A stretch of 64,000 nucleotides of DNA from a virus. Each line of letters opens with the position of its first letter. The stretch's first letter is position 1. A model generated the notes under the pieces. The model was not told the origin of the DNA and searched no databases. It worked only from the letters and a program-made list of their open reading frames with translations. This document shows, in pieces, positions 38,004-47,505 of this stretch. Where the stretch lies: IMG/VR virus record IMGVR_UViG_3300037245_003639. One strand, written 5' to 3'. Position numbers and translations under genes: made by a program.

Positions 38004-38738
38004 ATGAAAGCCTTCACGCTCACTGAGCTTCTTGTTGTTCTATTCATCATCATTCTGATATTAGGCATCGCTATTCCAAGTTTTCCAGCCATGATGCGGG
38101 AAGCTCGCGTTGCGGGCGCTTATACCACCATCAGCAGCATCTTACAGCAAGCCAAAATCCTCTCTCAAATTGAACATAATGTCATGGCAGTCAGGATTAT
38201 GCCTGCTGAGTGGGCCATTGACGAAAAAACAGCCAGAGACAGGCAATGTCTTGTCATCTATCGTTGGGTTTGTTCAACTGATGATAAAGAGAGCGGAGAC
38301 CTCAATAGAGTTGTTTTCCATGAACATCTCGAAAGATATCCTGGAATCGATATTGCACTTTTGCCGACAGGTGTCTGGGCTGCCCCTCTCAAAGCCACAA
38401 GTGATTTCAAGATCTTAGAGGGGGATATCGGGGAGTTTTTCAATGATCCTAATGAACCTGATTTCTTCAATGCGGACGATTTTCTAATCGTCTTTTTCAA
38501 AGGCAGAGAGTTAGTTGGTCGCCCTTATCATTTAGAACTTTGGGAATACGATCCTGTGGCTGGATATGATCAGTTCTTTCATAGAAACCGTTACAAGGGA
38601 GTAGTGATTTATTCCCGAGAGCCGGTGTTGGATGTCGCCAGGCATGAGGACGCTCTGACTAGACAAGAGATTCTGATTCGATTAGGGCGTCGATACTTTG
38701 TGGATTTCAATACGGGCACATTGTTGCCAGCCCATTAA
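38004..38738 (+). CDS. prepilin-type N-terminal domain protein (type IV pilin / pseudopilin-like)
   Basis: N-terminus MKAFTLTELLVVLFIIILILGIAIP matches prepilin cleavage/methylation motif; TATAAT upstream. Confidence 0.6.
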   Translation: MKAFTLTELLVVLFIIILILGIAIPSFPAMMREARVAGAYTTISSILQQAKILSQIEHNVMAVRIMPAEWAIDEKTARDRQCLVIYRWVCSTDDKESGDLNRVVFHEHLERYPGIDIALLPTGVWAAPLKATSDFKILEGDIGEFFNDPNEPDFFNADDFLIVFFKGRELVGRPYHLELWEYDPVAGYDQFFHRNRYKGVVIYSREPVLDVARHEDALTRQEILIRLGRRYFVDFNTGTLLPAH

Positions 38739-38852
38739 AGTGATTTTGGCGCCGATTCGATGAAACATTCAAGGACAAACAGTCGATGAAAGATAACTGA
38801 ATATTGGCTATGGTTCTTCCAGATACAGAATCGGCATTATTTTTCATCAAGG

Positions 38853-39053
38853 ATGGGAGGAATCATGAAAGCCAAACATGTCATCAAGAGATTGTACGGC
38901 CTTTACAAGGAAGGCGAAAACGAGGACGCTGAACTACAAATCAAAGTCAAAGAAGATGACCTCATAGGGAAGATCTATCTCCCTATCAATCCCAAGGATA
39001 TTAAAATCGAGACCATCGACGATATTACGGTTATTATTATCGACCTTTCGTAA
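38853..39053 (+). CDS. hypothetical small protein
   Basis: 66-aa ORF with GGAGG SD. Confidence 0.4.
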   Translation: MGGIMKAKHVIKRLYGLYKEGENEDAELQIKVKEDDLIGKIYLPINPKDIKIETIDDITVIIIDLS

Positions 39054-39076
39054 ATTTCGTTTAGCCGTCCAGGTAG

Positions 39077-39277
39077 GTGTTGTATAATTTATACATGAAC
39101 CTCAAACAGGCCAAACAGTTCATTACAGAACTGATATTAGAAGATATCCAAGAGGCATTTGATAACCAGGATAAACCAAATATCAAATTGCATTTAGGAG
39201 ACCAAAATGAATCTGACGGAATTCCTATGGAGCCTATTCATTGTTGTACAGTTGTGGCCTTGAAAGAACTGTTCTGA
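39077..39277 (+). CDS. hypothetical small protein
   Basis: 66-aa ORF. Confidence 0.35.
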   Translation: MLYNLYMNLKQAKQFITELILEDIQEAFDNQDKPNIKLHLGDQNESDGIPMEPIHCCTVVALKELF

Positions 39278-40171
39278 ATGCAATCGATTCTACGCTATCC
39301 TGGAGGCAAGACTAAGCGCAAAGTGCGTAGTCTAATTCTAAGTCATGCTCCTCACGGCTATCAAGAATATAGAGAACCTTTCGTCGGTGGTGGAGGTGTC
39401 TTTTTCTCAATCGGAGATGATCATAAACGCTGGATAAACGATCTAAATGAGGGGCTTGTCGATGTCTATCTGGCTCTACGAGACAGACCTGACGAGTTTA
39501 TCAAACGCTGCAAATCCGTGCAGCCGAGACAACCGGGGGAGCCCGATGTCTATCCGACTGCAAACAGTTCAGGAAAGAAATACAACAAACGTTTGAAAGA
39601 ACAGTTTGATGATCTGAAATTCAATAACGATGAGGATCAGGCTTTTCGTTATTTCTTTATCAACAGAACTGTCTGGGCGGGTCGAGTAGATTATGAACGC
39701 AAGTCCCGCTTATATTTCTCTAATCCCGAAGGATGGGATATCGTTGCCACTCAACGAATCGAAGCGGCTGCTGAACATCTCCGGAATGTCAAAGTCACTT
39801 GTGGGGATTATGAGAATTTACTCTTAGCACCAGGCAAGAATGTCTGGGTTTACTGCGATCCTCCATATATGCGCGATACGAAACTGTCAGCCACAGACAA
39901 ACTGTATGCTCATGGCTTTACCATGCAAGACCATGAAAGATTTGCGTATTTGGCCCGTAAGTCAGAGCACAAACTGTGCATTAGTTATGATGACGATCCA
40001 AAGGTGAGACAGCTATTCAAAGGATTTACGATCATTCCTCAACAATGGGTTTATTGTGGAACCTCCAACGAAGAGAAAAAGATAGGCCAGGAACTACTGA
40101 TTTTGAATTACCCAGTTCCTGCTGGGGCCATCAAAACGAAACATAAACCAAAGAAAATGGCTCAATATTAA
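39278..40171 (+). CDS. dam: DNA N6-adenine methyltransferase (Dam-like, D12 class)
   Basis: YPGGK start, FxGxG motif FVGGGGVFF, catalytic DPPY. Confidence 0.8.
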   Translation: MQSILRYPGGKTKRKVRSLILSHAPHGYQEYREPFVGGGGVFFSIGDDHKRWINDLNEGLVDVYLALRDRPDEFIKRCKSVQPRQPGEPDVYPTANSSGKKYNKRLKEQFDDLKFNNDEDQAFRYFFINRTVWAGRVDYERKSRLYFSNPEGWDIVATQRIEAAAEHLRNVKVTCGDYENLLLAPGKNVWVYCDPPYMRDTKLSATDKLYAHGFTMQDHERFAYLARKSEHKLCISYDDDPKVRQLFKGFTIIPQQWVYCGTSNEEKKIGQELLILNYPVPAGAIKTKHKPKKMAQY

Positions 40172-40174
40172 GTA

Positions 40175-40204
40175 TTGACACTGATGCTCGGAATGGAGTA
40201 TAAT
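40175..40204 (+). promoter_or_regulatory. consensus sigma70 promoter TTGACA-18-TATAAT
   Basis: read directly; predicted start ~40211 coincides with P1 5' strand. Confidence 0.65.
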
Positions 40205-40210
40205 TCGTCT

Positions 40211-40457
40211 ATCTGGGCTTCCGGCTCGTCGCTGCGGTCAGGAGTTTGACTGGTCGTAGAGGAAAGTCGGGACTGCACCGCTTAAGGTGGAAGACGAAAG
40301 TCGCTTGTACCACTGAGGCAGCAACACAAATTGTCCTAGGTGGTGAGCGGGCCAATGATGGACTGGTTGTGGCACCCTTAATAGGGCGCGGCTCTAAGGG
40401 TCGTGAGATGAATGGCGAGCTAAAACAGAATCCCGCTTATTGGAAGCCCAGATACTT
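40211..40457 (+). ncRNA. rnpB: candidate RNase P RNA (compact, ~247 nt)
   Basis: P1 ATCTGGGCTTCC (40211-22) pairs exactly with GGAAGCCCAGAT (40442-53); P4 5' strand AGAGGAAAGTCGGGACT; P4 3' strand ACAGAATCCCGCTTATTGG resembling bacterial ACAGAAcCCGGCUUAUCGG, with the bulge expected in P4. Confidence 0.6.
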
Positions 40458-40696
40458 TGGTTCACAGAAGAAGACATTTAGCCAAAGCAATCAGTTACCG
40501 TTTCTTTGGCAGTTTAGTGACGGCGATTGTTGTCTTCTTGCTTACAAATGATTTGAATATTACTTTGGCGTTCTTCGCCATCGAATCGGTTGGAAAAATA
40601 GTTCTTTACTATGTGCATGAAAGAGTTTGGTATCATGTTAGTTGGGGAATAGAACACAAAGAACACAAAGATGACAAAATGGGCTCTTCATACTGA
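40457..40696 (+). CDS. hypothetical small membrane protein
   Basis: 79-aa ORF with hydrophobic segment; start abuts RNase P RNA end. Confidence 0.3.
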   Translation: MVHRRRHLAKAISYRFFGSLVTAIVVFLLTNDLNITLAFFAIESVGKIVLYYVHERVWYHVSWGIEHKEHKDDKMGSSY

Positions 40697-41141
40697 CGGA
40701 GCTTGTCAGCCCAATCCCGGAGCAGGCGGTTGGGCTTTCATTCTTCAAAACGGCGAAACAGAAGTTGTTAGACGAGGCATTATTCCTCGGACAACTAACA
40801 ACCGCATGGAGATACAAGCTGTTCTGGAGGGATTGCGTTACTTTATTTTGGAAATAGGAACTGAAAGCAACTCGCTGGTTATCTTCTCAGACAGTAAATA
40901 TTTGATTCAAGGTATTACTGAATGGTGTGATAAATGGGCCAGCAAAGGCTGGATGAAACATGATGAAAATCCTGTATTGAATCAGAGTTTCTGGAAAGAG
41001 CTTCGCACTCTAAAGAACCTCATACAACTTGAATGTGTTCATGTCAAAGGGCATTCCGGCGACGAGATGAATGACAGGGTAGATGCTCTGGCCGTTGAAG
41101 CCGCTTTCAAAGCCAAACAACTCTACGGAGATATAAAATGA
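40671..41141 (+). CDS. rnhA: ribonuclease HI
   Basis: TDGACQPNPGAGGWAFIL, ...VHVKGHSGDEMNDRVDALA catalytic pattern. Confidence 0.85.
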   Translation: MTKWALHTDGACQPNPGAGGWAFILQNGETEVVRRGIIPRTTNNRMEIQAVLEGLRYFILEIGTESNSLVIFSDSKYLIQGITEWCDKWASKGWMKHDENPVLNQSFWKELRTLKNLIQLECVHVKGHSGDEMNDRVDALAVEAAFKAKQLYGDIK

Positions 41142-41389
41142 CGAAGTATTATCTGTGGGGTAACGGATGTAGTTGCTGGACCATTGACCTTTGGAAAGGG
41201 CGCCGACACTTCGAGATGGTCAAAGAATTCAAGGTGAAAGTCAAGCCCACAAGAACTGCCAATAACGACTTAGATGCCCGGCGGCAAATTCAAACTGACT
41301 ACTTGGAGCGCCGTATAAAAGCTGTAAAATATCTTGTGAAGTTGATGGCCGAAACCGGTATTCCCGCAGTTGGCGGTATGTATGAATAA
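41138..41389 (+). CDS. hypothetical protein
   Basis: 83-aa ORF overlapping neighbours by 4 nt. Confidence 0.45.
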   Translation: MTKYYLWGNGCSCWTIDLWKGRRHFEMVKEFKVKVKPTRTANNDLDARRQIQTDYLERRIKAVKYLVKLMAETGIPAVGGMYE

Positions 41390-41390
41390 C

Positions 41391-42446
41391 ATGGCGAAAC
41401 AAGATTACTACGAAGTCCTCGGAGTTCAACGCAATTCATCTGACGCTGAAATAAAAACAGCATATCGCAAAGCCGCGCTCGACTACCATCCCGACCGGAA
41501 TCAAGAACCTGGAGCAGAAGTCAAATTCAAAGATGCTGCGGAAGCATACGATGTGCTTTCCGATACAGATAAAAGGGCTCAGTATGACCGCTTTGGCCAT
41601 AATTCCCCACAGCAGACTCATTGGTCTCAGCACGATCCATTTGATATTTTCAATTCCTTCTTCGGGGGTTTTGGAAGGCAACGCCAAAAAGGGGCCGATT
41701 TACATGCTCGTATTCGTTTAACACTTGAAGAAGTGGCAACCGGAGTAGAAAAGAACTTCTCTGTTAAACAAACAGACCGATGCTCGAAATGTCATGGCAA
41801 GGGAGGAACCGGCCCTCCTTGTCTTGGTTGCGCTGGTTACGGCCAAGTACGACGCCAGGATGGACCTTTCGTTGTATCAGTAGGAGATTGCCCACGGTGC
41901 CAGGGCTCAGGTATAAAAATAGAACAATCCTGTAACAAATGCTCTAGAAAAGGCCATGTAGAGAACAACAAAACGATTTCCATCAAAATTCCCAAAGGGG
42001 TTGACGATGGGCAGGTTATGAGAATACAACGAGAGGGACATCTGAGCGTTCCTTCTGCTCCCAGAGGAGATTTGTATTGTCATATCGAGATTGCTCCGCA
42101 TTCAGTTTTTGAGAGACGAGGCCCTGATTTGTATATGCACAAAACTATCTCATTTGCGGATGCAGTCGGAGGGATCTCAATCGACGTACCTACCATCGCA
42201 GGAGAAGAAGTTTCATTAAAAGTGCCTCCCGGCACTCAATTTGGTCAGATGCTCAGACTTCATGAAAAGGGAATTGAAGGGGCCATTCAAGTTACTCGTG
42301 GTTCCCCTGTAAAAGTTCGAAAGAATGGTGACCAGTTTGTTCAAATAAGAATAGCAGTCCCACAGAATGTTTCAGATGAGGCTATAAAGATTCTCCGACA
42401 ATTTGAAGACACCGTGGCAGGAAAAAACCACGTCTGCTTCGTATAA
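41391..42446 (+). CDS. dnaJ: DnaJ chaperone (type I, with zinc-finger domain)
   Basis: J-domain DYYEVLGV...YHPDRN; four CxxCxGxG repeats. Confidence 0.85.
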   Translation: MAKQDYYEVLGVQRNSSDAEIKTAYRKAALDYHPDRNQEPGAEVKFKDAAEAYDVLSDTDKRAQYDRFGHNSPQQTHWSQHDPFDIFNSFFGGFGRQRQKGADLHARIRLTLEEVATGVEKNFSVKQTDRCSKCHGKGGTGPPCLGCAGYGQVRRQDGPFVVSVGDCPRCQGSGIKIEQSCNKCSRKGHVENNKTISIKIPKGVDDGQVMRIQREGHLSVPSAPRGDLYCHIEIAPHSVFERRGPDLYMHKTISFADAVGGISIDVPTIAGEEVSLKVPPGTQFGQMLRLHEKGIEGAIQVTRGSPVKVRKNGDQFVQIRIAVPQNVSDEAIKILRQFEDTVAGKNHVCFV

Positions 42447-42557
42447 TAACGAATCGGAGGAATAACAGGCAAACAATGTTAGAATCTGAAGACCCTGATG
42501 CTGACCCTTATTGTCGGCGGTCGTTCTGGCACAAACTTCTCATGACATCAGTCCTCG

Positions 42558-42782
42558 ATGACTGCTGGAGATTATCTGCGAATGGACTATTTAAGCACAG
42601 GTTTAGTTGCATTCCTCGGAATTGCAATATGGGATACCGTAAGAATGTTCATACAAACCTGGTGGATCAAGCGCAGTCTAAATCTCAACAACAATGCACC
42701 CAGTTGTAAATGCAATTATTGTTCTTGCTGTGGCTCTTTAATCAAAGGCGAGGAAGATGGAAAAGACACTTGTGATGATTAA
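42558..42782 (+). CDS. hypothetical small membrane protein with Cys cluster
   Basis: 74-aa ORF. Confidence 0.3.
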   Translation: MTAGDYLRMDYLSTGLVAFLGIAIWDTVRMFIQTWWIKRSLNLNNNAPSCKCNYCSCCGSLIKGEEDGKDTCDD

Positions 42783-43185
42783 GCCAGACTGCGTTGAACG
42801 TCATATGTCTGGCTCGGTTATACTTGCTATCGAATCAATCGGCCTCGAAATCTCTCAACTACAAATGAAGCAACTTAGTCGAAAAGAAGCTTGCTCTCTT
42901 TACGCTGAACATAAAGGGAAATGGCATTTTGAAAGAAATATTAATCATGTAACCAGCGGCCCCGTCATTCTCATTGAGGTTGAGGGGCCAAATGCCGTTC
43001 CACGTTGCCGCGAAATCGTAGAGACCTACCGTCGAAGTCACAAAGATTTGATTGAGTTGCCACGTAATCTCGTTCACGCTACTACGGAAGCCACAAAAGC
43101 AGACGAAGAATTGTTAGCAGTAGGGCTTGACAATCACGTTGCTACTGTGTACAGTGCTCATCATGAAGACGCATTCCCCATCTAG
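42757..43185 (+). CDS. ndk: nucleoside diphosphate kinase-like protein
   Basis: TLVMIKPDCVER start, NLVHATTE active-site His region (HGSDS replaced). Confidence 0.55.
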   Translation: MEKTLVMIKPDCVERHMSGSVILAIESIGLEISQLQMKQLSRKEACSLYAEHKGKWHFERNINHVTSGPVILIEVEGPNAVPRCREIVETYRRSHKDLIELPRNLVHATTEATKADEELLAVGLDNHVATVYSAHHEDAFPI

Positions 43186-43227
43186 AAAGGAGGCTCGTAT
43201 GTTATGTCTTAGATAAAGGAGACAAAT

Positions 43228-43608
43228 ATGCGAAATCCTCGTTTGAATAAACTCCGCGAGTACCGCAAGGCACTCCGTGGGGCCAAGGGCTATATTAGCC
43301 TCTGGAAGCTGTTCGACCACATCCACCCTGAGTGCGAGAAAGACCCCCGCTGGTGGCATCCTGATTGGCGTACTTGGTTGGATCAGGTAGACAACATCCG
43401 GGAAGACTGGTTCCGTGAAATCACTCACGAACCAGTCAGTTTCCACTATGGTGGGGGTAACGCTCCCGCGCATTTCCGCCGCGATGTCAATCGCAGTAAT
43501 CGTAACAAAGAGAAACAGGCTATCCGTGATGCCGCATCAAACAACGTGGACTGGGAAGATTTCACATTGCCTCGTCCCCGCCGCAACGTGAACTGGCTGT
43601 GGTGGTAG
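43228..43608 (+). CDS. hypothetical protein
   Basis: AAAGGAG SD upstream. Confidence 0.5.
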   Translation: MRNPRLNKLREYRKALRGAKGYISLWKLFDHIHPECEKDPRWWHPDWRTWLDQVDNIREDWFREITHEPVSFHYGGGNAPAHFRRDVNRSNRNKEKQAIRDAASNNVDWEDFTLPRPRRNVNWLWW

Positions 43609-43622
43609 CGGTATAATGGCTT

Positions 43623-44756
43623 ATGCCTGAGAGTGACTTTTTTGTTGATGGAATCTGGGTTCGCGATACGCAAATGTATCAGAAGTGCAAATGGAACAAA
43701 GACATCATTGATGACCGAGGGGTCATCATCGGTGTCGATGATAATCAAGCCTGGATGCTCAAGTGGTGGTGGGACAAATATCGAGAACATAACTCTCTTC
43801 CCGTCCTATTTGCTGATTTCGGCCTGACGAAGAAACATAGAAACTGGTGCGAGGAAAGAGGTTATCTTTCGCCTCTGATCACTCTCGAAGGCCATCCTTG
43901 GTTTAGAAAACCCTTTGGTTGCTTAGCTACTTGTTTTCAGCAAACCATATGGCTTGATACTGATGTAGAAGTGCGCCGCAATGTTGAGCCACTGTTTGAA
44001 TATGCCGCCGACAACAGTATAGGAATTACATTCGACCGAGGCTCACCTAAACAATGGGCTGAAGCCTTACCAACTGATTGTCGGCTCTTTAATAGCGGAG
44101 TCATCGCATACAACCACGGTGATATTGTTTTCAACAAATGGGCATTGATGGTTATGATCATGTGTCCATTTGAACCTATAGAAAAGAAACTAAAAATTCC
44201 CACCGGTGATCAGGAAGTATTGGCACTATCTATTCGGCAATATGGTCAAGGTCGAGTCAAAGAAATGCCAAAAGAAGAAGTCAGACTTCGCAGAGAACCT
44301 GACCGAATCCTATATGGAGACTGTTTAGTCAAGCATTGGACAGGGCCACATGGTAAAGATGAAATCAAAAAACGCCTTCCATCTTTGACCATAAACCAAC
44401 GACAACATATCCTGGCCAAGATTCCTCCCAAAGGGAAGTTTCTACAATGGAACTGCAACAACGATACTATCTGGTTTGCGGAGCATTTAGACCCAGACCA
44501 AAAGATGCTGGTTATACATCGAGGAGAGAACGAATTCGAGAAGGCTGTGACGGAAATCGGGCTTTCGGATCGAGTTAAATTTCTTCTTGAAGATGAATTT
44601 ATTGCCGAACTATCCATTGATCTGTTTAATGTTCATCTGGTGGACACGGGGAACCTACGCGTTTGTTTATCTAAGGCTCCCAAAAAATCATGGCTTTTCA
44701 CCAAGACACCCAAGGGTCTAAACGGAGTGAGAATAGGTTATGGCAATATGGTATGA
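43623..44756 (+). CDS. GT8-like retaining glycosyltransferase
   Basis: IWLDTDVEV (DxD), FNSGVIAYNHGD, KHWTGPHGKD (HxxGxxKPW-like). Confidence 0.6.
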   Translation: MPESDFFVDGIWVRDTQMYQKCKWNKDIIDDRGVIIGVDDNQAWMLKWWWDKYREHNSLPVLFADFGLTKKHRNWCEERGYLSPLITLEGHPWFRKPFGCLATCFQQTIWLDTDVEVRRNVEPLFEYAADNSIGITFDRGSPKQWAEALPTDCRLFNSGVIAYNHGDIVFNKWALMVMIMCPFEPIEKKLKIPTGDQEVLALSIRQYGQGRVKEMPKEEVRLRREPDRILYGDCLVKHWTGPHGKDEIKKRLPSLTINQRQHILAKIPPKGKFLQWNCNNDTIWFAEHLDPDQKMLVIHRGENEFEKAVTEIGLSDRVKFLLEDEFIAELSIDLFNVHLVDTGNLRVCLSKAPKKSWLFTKTPKGLNGVRIGYGNMV

Positions 44757-45525
44757 AACTGGGAATGGTATGGCCAGATCAAAAATGGCCAAGTGTAATA
44801 TAGGTATCGATGTCTATCTATGTTGCCCCGGCCCGTCTTTGGCTGATGTAAATGTTAGTGATTTACAAATTCCCAACGTGATGACAGTAGCAATTAACAC
44901 TGCATATCCTCACATTCGTCCCGACTTATGGATGGGCATGGATGAACCAGAATGTTACGACAAAACAGTTTGGTGGCAACCCTTTATGAAGATATGCCGA
45001 GGAGGTTACCAGAACAGAAAATGTGATGACCGATTGATATCTAGTTTTCCTAATGTATTCTTTGCAGATTGTGCTGAACCCAAAAGCCGAGCGGAGTTAT
45101 TCAATCTAAGAGCGCATGACGTGCGTTTCGTATGGCATAAGAACACTATGGCAATCTGTCTCCATATTCTGGTTTGGATGGGAGCAAAGAAAATCCACTT
45201 GCTTGGGTGTGACATGGGAGGAGAGAAAGACTATTACGATGATCGGGTTCTTGATGATGAACAGAAAAAATACAACCGTCGTCTTTATGGACACTTATGT
45301 CACTATTTGAAATGGTTTTCTGAAGAAGGAGCCAACCATGGAATCGAGTTGATTTCATGTACCTCTGATTCTCCCATTAACGAGTACCTGGTACACTATG
45401 ATTTGAAAGATGCTTTGGCTATCTCTTTGTCTTCGGTTCCTATCCCGGAGAAAGTAAAACACGTTTTGGAGGTTAGGAAACAGAAAAACAAGGAGAATGA
45501 GAAGAATGAAAATAGAAAGAAGTGA
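44740..45525 (+). CDS. DUF115/MptE-like domain protein (possible glycan-modification enzyme)
   Basis: CCPGPSL and NTAYP motifs; weak. Confidence 0.35.
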   Translation: MAIWYETGNGMARSKMAKCNIGIDVYLCCPGPSLADVNVSDLQIPNVMTVAINTAYPHIRPDLWMGMDEPECYDKTVWWQPFMKICRGGYQNRKCDDRLISSFPNVFFADCAEPKSRAELFNLRAHDVRFVWHKNTMAICLHILVWMGAKKIHLLGCDMGGEKDYYDDRVLDDEQKKYNRRLYGHLCHYLKWFSEEGANHGIELISCTSDSPINEYLVHYDLKDALAISLSSVPIPEKVKHVLEVRKQKNKENEKNENRKK

Positions 45526-46489
45526 ACCAGCCGTAATAGCTTATGATGCAGACCTTTACTCATCATTCCCAGATGTGGTTTTCTTCAATGGTTCTTTCTT
45601 TTGTGTTTATAGAGAATCGGATGTCCATCATCCCACATTTTCTCGTTTAGTCATGATGGACTCTAACGACGGTGAAACATGGCACAGTCAAGTCGTAGCA
45701 ACGGCGACGCTTGCTGACAACGGCTATGTTTTCAATTGTCCGCGACTCAGTGTAATCAACAGGAAACTGGCTCTAACATGTGATACCAAAACAGAGCAAA
45801 AAGAAAAGTTAGCTGGTTGGAAAATCTATTTGGCATGGTCCGGCGATGGCGAGAAATGGACGGATTTCCAAGACATTTTGATATCAGGCATGGTTCCAGA
45901 CAAAATTATCATCGGTGATAGAAAACTCATCATGGGTTATCACATTATCGAAAGCACACATAAATCAAACAGACTCGTTCAGATGATGGCAGAGTCTTAT
46001 GATGGAGGCACAAACTGGAGAGACCGCACAACCGTAGCCGAGAGCAATAAACATGACTTTTGCGAAGGTAGCATTGTGGCTATAGATGCAAAACGTTTGT
46101 TATGTTATTTGCGAGACAACCGTGGCCCCACATTACGTTCCCAGTTTGTGGCCTCGGTTGATGGTGGAAAAACATGGTCAATGCCGTCCAAACTAAATCT
46201 CATGGGACATCGTATTGTAGCCAAAATCAAAGAATCTGAACCATACAAAGGATTAGTGGTCGGGACATTTCGGAATACGCTTAACCGCAATGTAAGTATG
46301 TTTTTGCATAATCTGAAGAGAAAAAGAACCCAAACAGCCAACCTTGACTACGAAAGCAAAGAGTCACTGTTTGATTATGGTTACACTGGCTGGGCTGAGA
46401 ACCAAAAGGGCGAGATCCTGGTAGTTTACTATATCCAGCGACACCGACCTAACCCGATGATTTGCTCTACTTTGGTCAAACTTCAATAA
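45506..46489 (+). CDS. BNR/Asp-box repeat protein (sialidase-like beta-propeller glycoside hydrolase)
   Basis: four Asp-boxes: SNDGETW, SGDGEKW, YDGGTNW, SVDGGKTW. Confidence 0.6.
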   Translation: MKIERSEPAVIAYDADLYSSFPDVVFFNGSFFCVYRESDVHHPTFSRLVMMDSNDGETWHSQVVATATLADNGYVFNCPRLSVINRKLALTCDTKTEQKEKLAGWKIYLAWSGDGEKWTDFQDILISGMVPDKIIIGDRKLIMGYHIIESTHKSNRLVQMMAESYDGGTNWRDRTTVAESNKHDFCEGSIVAIDAKRLLCYLRDNRGPTLRSQFVASVDGGKTWSMPSKLNLMGHRIVAKIKESEPYKGLVVGTFRNTLNRNVSMFLHNLKRKRTQTANLDYESKESLFDYGYTGWAENQKGEILVVYYIQRHRPNPMICSTLVKLQ

Positions 46490-46826
46490 ATCGCAGAATC
46501 GAGTTGTTGATTAACTCAGCGAATTCGGGCATATCCACAAGCCGTTCATGAACTCTGATGATTTTCCAGCCTCTACTGAGTAAAACCCTGTTCTTCTTCA
46601 GGTCTCGCTCTCTCTGGGCAACCTGACGACATGTCAAAGTTCCTACTGATTTATGCCAGTAGTTCCCATCAACCTCAATGGCAATTTGGTCATTTGGGAA
46701 GGCAAAATCAATGCGATAGCGGCCAACCTTGAATTGAGGATACCAAGTGTTAGCTGGTCCGTCATCAGCGACATGAAAACCAATACTAGATAGAGTGTTA
46801 GCTACTTTTCTTTCAAGAGAGGTCAT
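46476..46826 (-). CDS. DUF559 / Vsr-like endonuclease domain protein
   Basis: RIDFAFPNDQIAIEVDGNYWH core. Confidence 0.7.
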   Translation of the reverse strand: MTSLERKVANTLSSIGFHVADDGPANTWYPQFKVGRYRIDFAFPNDQIAIEVDGNYWHKSVGTLTCRQVAQRERDLKKNRVLLSRGWKIIRVHERLVDMPEFAELINNSILRFIEV

Positions 46827-47140
46827 GAGAGACTGCTTTTAATAAAGTGTTCTGCCCAGGCTTTGTCTGCGGCGAGAGTTATGATTTGTCCGAGTTCTTG
46901 AACTCTTTCGTTCCTGTTTGTTTTCATATCTTCAATCAACATTTCAGTTTCTGTTAGTGAGCGCCTTTTTTCAAGTTGCTTTTTAAGTTCTTTGAAGAAT
47001 TGTCCTGTCTCAGTGCCACTAAGTTTCGGGTTTATTTTGACATAGAAATAAAACTCATCTTCTACATCATTATACCTACCCTTGATCCAGAAATGATAAT
47101 CATCCATGGGCTCATTTTCTTGCGTCTGAAAGCCGTCCAT
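46823..47140 (-). CDS. hypothetical protein
   Basis: 105-aa ORF. Confidence 0.5.
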   Translation of the reverse strand: MDGFQTQENEPMDDYHFWIKGRYNDVEDEFYFYVKINPKLSGTETGQFFKELKKQLEKRRSLTETEMLIEDMKTNRNERVQELGQIITLAADKAWAEHFIKSSLS

Positions 47141-47247
47141 GATATCAGTATTCTGCGAATTGGACCTAATTTCCTGCTTCGGGTATCTTGACAGCCTAAT
47201 CGGTAGTTACGCTTTACCACGTCCATTATATGGCTTCCTGTGGCCTA

Positions 47248-47505
47248 TTACGGAGCGTTAAGGCGGGACTTCTTATTGTTGACAATATCATTCAGAAACC
47301 GCAATGCCATCGCCCCTACTTGCACTGCTTCATCTTCCAGGCGCTCCCAGCCATCATCCGCCTTGATAGCATCCCACAGTTCTTCAAATTCCTCGCGCAG
47401 AACACTGATGCCTTCGTGCTTTGATTCAAATGGCTGGAATTTCAAAACGGCTCTATTGTGTTCTTCGATAATCTTCTGGACGTATTCGTTATCAGTATCA
47501 ATCAT
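47248..47505 (-). CDS. hypothetical acidic protein
   Basis: start moved to MIDTDNEYV to avoid long overlap with next gene. Confidence 0.4.
   Translation of the reverse strand: MIDTDNEYVQKIIEEHNRAVLKFQPFESKHEGISVLREEFEELWDAIKADDGWERLEDEAVQVGAMALRFLNDIVNNKKSRLNAP

Noticed and set aside
37505-38092. ORFs 37505..37900 (+), 37537..37761 (-) and 37703..38092 (-)
   Set aside because: Overlap tRNA-Cys, tRNA-Asp and tRNA-like genes
40246-40551. 101-aa plus-strand ORF
   Set aside because: Falls entirely within the RNase P RNA-like structured region
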